Under the pieces are notes generated by a model. That model did no database searches. It saw only the letters and a program-made list of their open reading frames with translations, and was not told the origin of the DNA. 27,293 nucleotides of DNA. Origin: a virus (lineage: Duplodnaviria > Caudoviricetes). The DNA is taken from positions 1-27,293 of IMG/VR virus record IMGVR_UViG_3300049781_000022; one strand, given 5' to 3'. Shown here piece by piece: positions 24,980 through 27,293 of the stretch. Position 1 is the first letter of the stretch; the number at the start of each line of letters is the position of its first letter. The position numbers and the translations under genes were made by a program.

Positions 24980-26032
24980 TCAGTCCTCGCCGAGCACGGT
25001 CGCGGAGATGTGGATGTCCGGGACGTACATCACCGGCATGGCCACGGCCGAGGCGGTGGTGGAGAACTGCACCGGGTTGGAGGTCTTCTCGGTGGAGATG
25101 TAGATGCCGGGCTCCTGCTGCGCGACCAAGCCGGGGTTGTCGCCGCCCTCCAGTTCCAGCTGCTCGCTGGTGATGCCGTACTGGGTCTCGGCCCACTGGG
25201 AGGGGTTCGGCGGAAGCATGATCCACCGGTTTTCGGGGATGGTGCGGACGTACTGGTCGTCGCTCCACACCTGCACGTCGTAGATCTCGACCGGCGGCAG
25301 GTTCCAGCGGGCCCGGACGGCGTTGACCTCGTTGGGGGCCAGCGTCGCGGAGGGCGTGGTCTCCGGGCTGGAGGCGTTGAAGAACGCCCCGCGGTACTCG
25401 ATGTTGGAGGCGAGGACGGACACGGCCCGCTCGGAGGTGAGGACCTTGACCGGGCGGGGCGCGCCGATGCTCTTGAGGTAGCGGATCCACGCCATCTCGT
25501 CGGTGAGCGGGGTGGCGGTCGGCTGGTCCCACAGCACTCCGGCGGTGGGCCGGTTCGCGGACGGGACGTTCCAGTCGACGGGCAGGCCGAGGCCGGGCAG
25601 GTTCACGACGCCGTCGGTCAGAAGCTCACCGGCGGCGATCTCCATGGCGGTCTTGATGGATTCGAAGTGCCGGTCGAGGTCGTCGTACAGCTTGTCGATG
25701 AACTCTTGGTCGTCGGCGCCGCGGGCGGCCGTCATCAGGATGATCTGGAGTTCGGTCATCGGCAGGGTCTGGCCGACTGGGGGCAGCATGCCCTCGTTGA
25801 TGACGCGCTCTGCCTGCCGCTTGGCGATGACGTTCGGCGCGTCCCAGGCGCGGAACTTGGCGGCGTTGACCCGGCGCTTGCTGCTCTCGGTCTTGAACTT
25901 TATGCCGTTGATCTTCTTTTCCGGGACGATCTGCCGGGTCAGGGCGTAGTCCTCGGGAGTGGTCAGGCCACGCACGTAGGCGTTGATGTCCTCGGCGGTG
26001 ACGTTCCGCAGGAGACGGTCCAGGGTGCTCAT
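24980..26032 (-). CDS. Major capsid protein (lambda gpE-like family)
   Basis: 350 aa; AAKFRAWDA, MLPPVGQ, MEIAAGELLTDG, VEIYD, ASAVAMPV; follows the scaffold and decoration genes. Confidence 0.9.
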   Translation of the reverse strand: MSTLDRLLRNVTAEDINAYVRGLTTPEDYALTRQIVPEKKINGIKFKTESSKRRVNAAKFRAWDAPNVIAKRQAERVINEGMLPPVGQTLPMTELQIILMTAARGADDQEFIDKLYDDLDRHFESIKTAMEIAAGELLTDGVVNLPGLGLPVDWNVPSANRPTAGVLWDQPTATPLTDEMAWIRYLKSIGAPRPVKVLTSERAVSVLASNIEYRGAFFNASSPETTPSATLAPNEVNAVRARWNLPPVEIYDVQVWSDDQYVRTIPENRWIMLPPNPSQWAETQYGITSEQLELEGGDNPGLVAQQEPGIYISTEKTSNPVQFSTTASAVAMPVMYVPDIHISATVLGED

Positions 26033-26047
26033 GATCGGTCTCCTCGG

Positions 26048-26794
26048 TTACCGGTAGTGGATGTTGACGCCGGGCGCGACGGACGCGACGTCGGTGGGGT
26101 CGAACGGGATCGGGCACTTGTCGGCGTAGACCTCGCCGAACCACAGGAGCGCGCCGGAGGTCTTGGTGGAGCCCGGGGTGAACGTGGACTCGGTGCACAG
26201 GAAGCCGTGGAGGACTTCGGTCCCGTCGCTGGCGGTTGCCGCGCCGCCGGCGGTGGTGGTGGTGACGGTGACGGCGGGGCTGGTGCCTCCGGTGAGGCTC
26301 GCCGCGGAGGCGGTCATCTGGCTGACGTCGTCGCCGAGGTACTGGCCGACGAATGTGACGACCATGGCCGTGCCGGGGTGGGGGCCGCCAGTGACGGTGA
26401 CATCGCCGACTTCGACGTTGGACAGGGCCTCGAGCGCGGTCTTCACCTGCGTGGCGGTCGCGTTGTACGGGATGCCCGCGGTGGTCTGGCCGGAGAACGT
26501 GAGGGTGTAGGTGCCGCCGGTCGGCGTGCCGGTGACGGTGACGGTCTGCACCTCGGACGTCGGGCCCGCGTACGGGGCGTACAGGCCGGAGGCGGTGACG
26601 CGGCCGAGCGGGATACCGGACTTGATGACGTTCCGCGGCTGGAGCAGGGTCCCGGCCTCGTAGTGGACACCGGCGGTCAGCTTGGTGGTGTCCAGCAGGA
26701 TGGTGTTGGTGTCGTTCGTTCCCACGAGGGAGGCGAGCCAGGGCCGGTCGGCGGTGGCTTCCTCGCTCACGGTCATGGGCTGGAAGTCGTTCAC
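26048..26794 (-). CDS. Head decoration protein with inserted 104-aa accessory domain
   Basis: IKSGIPLGRVTASGLYAPY...ASDGTEVLHGFL...GALLWFGEV decoration-protein pattern, interrupted by the EVQTVTVTG domain. Confidence 0.82.
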   Translation of the reverse strand: MNDFQPMTVSEEATADRPWLASLVGTNDTNTILLDTTKLTAGVHYEAGTLLQPRNVIKSGIPLGRVTASGLYAPYAGPTSEVQTVTVTGTPTGGTYTLTFSGQTTAGIPYNATATQVKTALEALSNVEVGDVTVTGGPHPGTAMVVTFVGQYLGDDVSQMTASAASLTGGTSPAVTVTTTTAGGAATASDGTEVLHGFLCTESTFTPGSTKTSGALLWFGEVYADKCPIPFDPTDVASVAPGVNIHYR

Positions 26795-26796
26795 TT

Positions 26797-26872
26797 CCCT
26801 CTCCTCATGCTGTGGCTGGTGTTCTGCTGCGCCGGGTGGGGCGCGTCCACGTGAGGAGAGGGCGTGGTCCCT
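26797..26872 (-). promoter_or_regulatory. Structured leader with anti-Shine-Dalgarno helix
   Basis: CCCTCTCCTCA (26862-26852) is the exact complement of TGAGGAGAGGG (26807-26797), which contains the RBS of the decoration gene. Confidence 0.6.
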
Positions 26873-26893
26873 GATGGTGCTGGGTGGTGCGGT

Positions 26894-27293
26894 CTATGCG
26901 GCGGGGAGCTTCCCGCGGCGGCGGAGCATCTCGCGGCCGTGGTCGCCGGGCTTGGCGGCGGGGGCCTGCCTGGAGGGCGGGCCGCCGGCGGGTGCGCCGC
27001 CGGGCGCCGGGGGCGTGGTGGCCGCCGACACTGCGGGGGCGATGCCGAACAGCTCGGGCCTGCGTTCCTTCAGTGCGGAGGCGGCCTCCTGGACGGTGGC
27101 GTCGTCGGCGTCGTCCGCCACGCGGAGCAGGGCCGCTGCGTCGTCGAGGTCGTCGCCGGTTGCGCCGAGGCCGACGAGGACGGCGCGCCAGTTGGCGTTC
27201 CGCTCGCGGGCGACGGCGGCGGCCTCGCGGTCGGCGAGTTCCTGCTCGCGCTTGGCCAGGGCCTGCTCGCGCTTCTCCTGCTCGGACAGCTGC
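26894..27293 (-). CDS. Capsid scaffolding protein (5' end outside window)
   Basis: Frame open to the window edge: QLSEQEKREQALAKREQELADREAAAVARE...LKERRPELFG...; charged coiled coil with a Pro/Gly tail, upstream of decoration/MCP. Confidence 0.8.
   Translation of the reverse strand, partial: QLSEQEKREQALAKREQELADREAAAVARERNANWRAVLVGLGATGDDLDDAAALLRVADDADDATVQEAASALKERRPELFGIAPAVSAATTPPAPGGAPAGGPPSRQAPAAKPGDHGREMLRRRGKLPAA

Larger units (their letters stand above)
1..27293. mobile_element. Siphovirus-like prophage or phage-plasmid region (both ends extend beyond the window)
   Basis: Co-oriented head-neck-tail-lysis genes in canonical order on the minus strand, plus recombinases and an AlpA-like regulator; no host housekeeping genes seen. 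Confidence 0.93.

Noticed and set aside
19904-26554. Duplicated 312-bp domain as a DGR template/variable repeat pair
   Set aside because: Both copies are in-frame coding, the differences do not look adenine-specific, and no reverse transcriptase is present in the window.
4437-26854. Long plus-strand ORFs such as 4437..6740, 17147..18586, 18629..20818 and 25010..26854
   Set aside because: They lie antisense to well-supported structural genes and show no recognisable motifs.

Overview
High-GC (actinobacterial, most likely Streptomyces-type) siphovirus-like prophage or phage-plasmid segment. From ~27293 down to 4755 the minus strand carries one long virion/lysis operon: scaffold (partial), head decoration protein, major capsid protein, head-tail adaptor, MuF-like minor head protein, four small accessory genes, head closure, HK97 gp10-like, tail terminator, tail tube, frameshifted tail assembly chaperones, 1742-aa tape measure, distal/minor tail proteins, amidase endolysin, holin, two membrane proteins and a collagen-containing fibre. 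The left 4.7 kb is an accessory/recombination module. It holds a Cre-like tyrosine recombinase translationally coupled to a second recombinase-fold protein that lacks the first catalytic Arg, a dif/lox-like 28-bp site and a small C2H2-type zinc-finger ORF upstream of them, a CCA-ending tRNA-like element, and a frameshifted endonuclease VII gene. Divergent from these is an AlpA-like regulator with twin palindromic operators, followed by three unrelated small genes, each preceded by a copy of the same ~29-bp repeat that supplies stop codon, RBS and start (a cassette-like array). All calls come from reading the sequence and recalled family motifs; no database searches were run.
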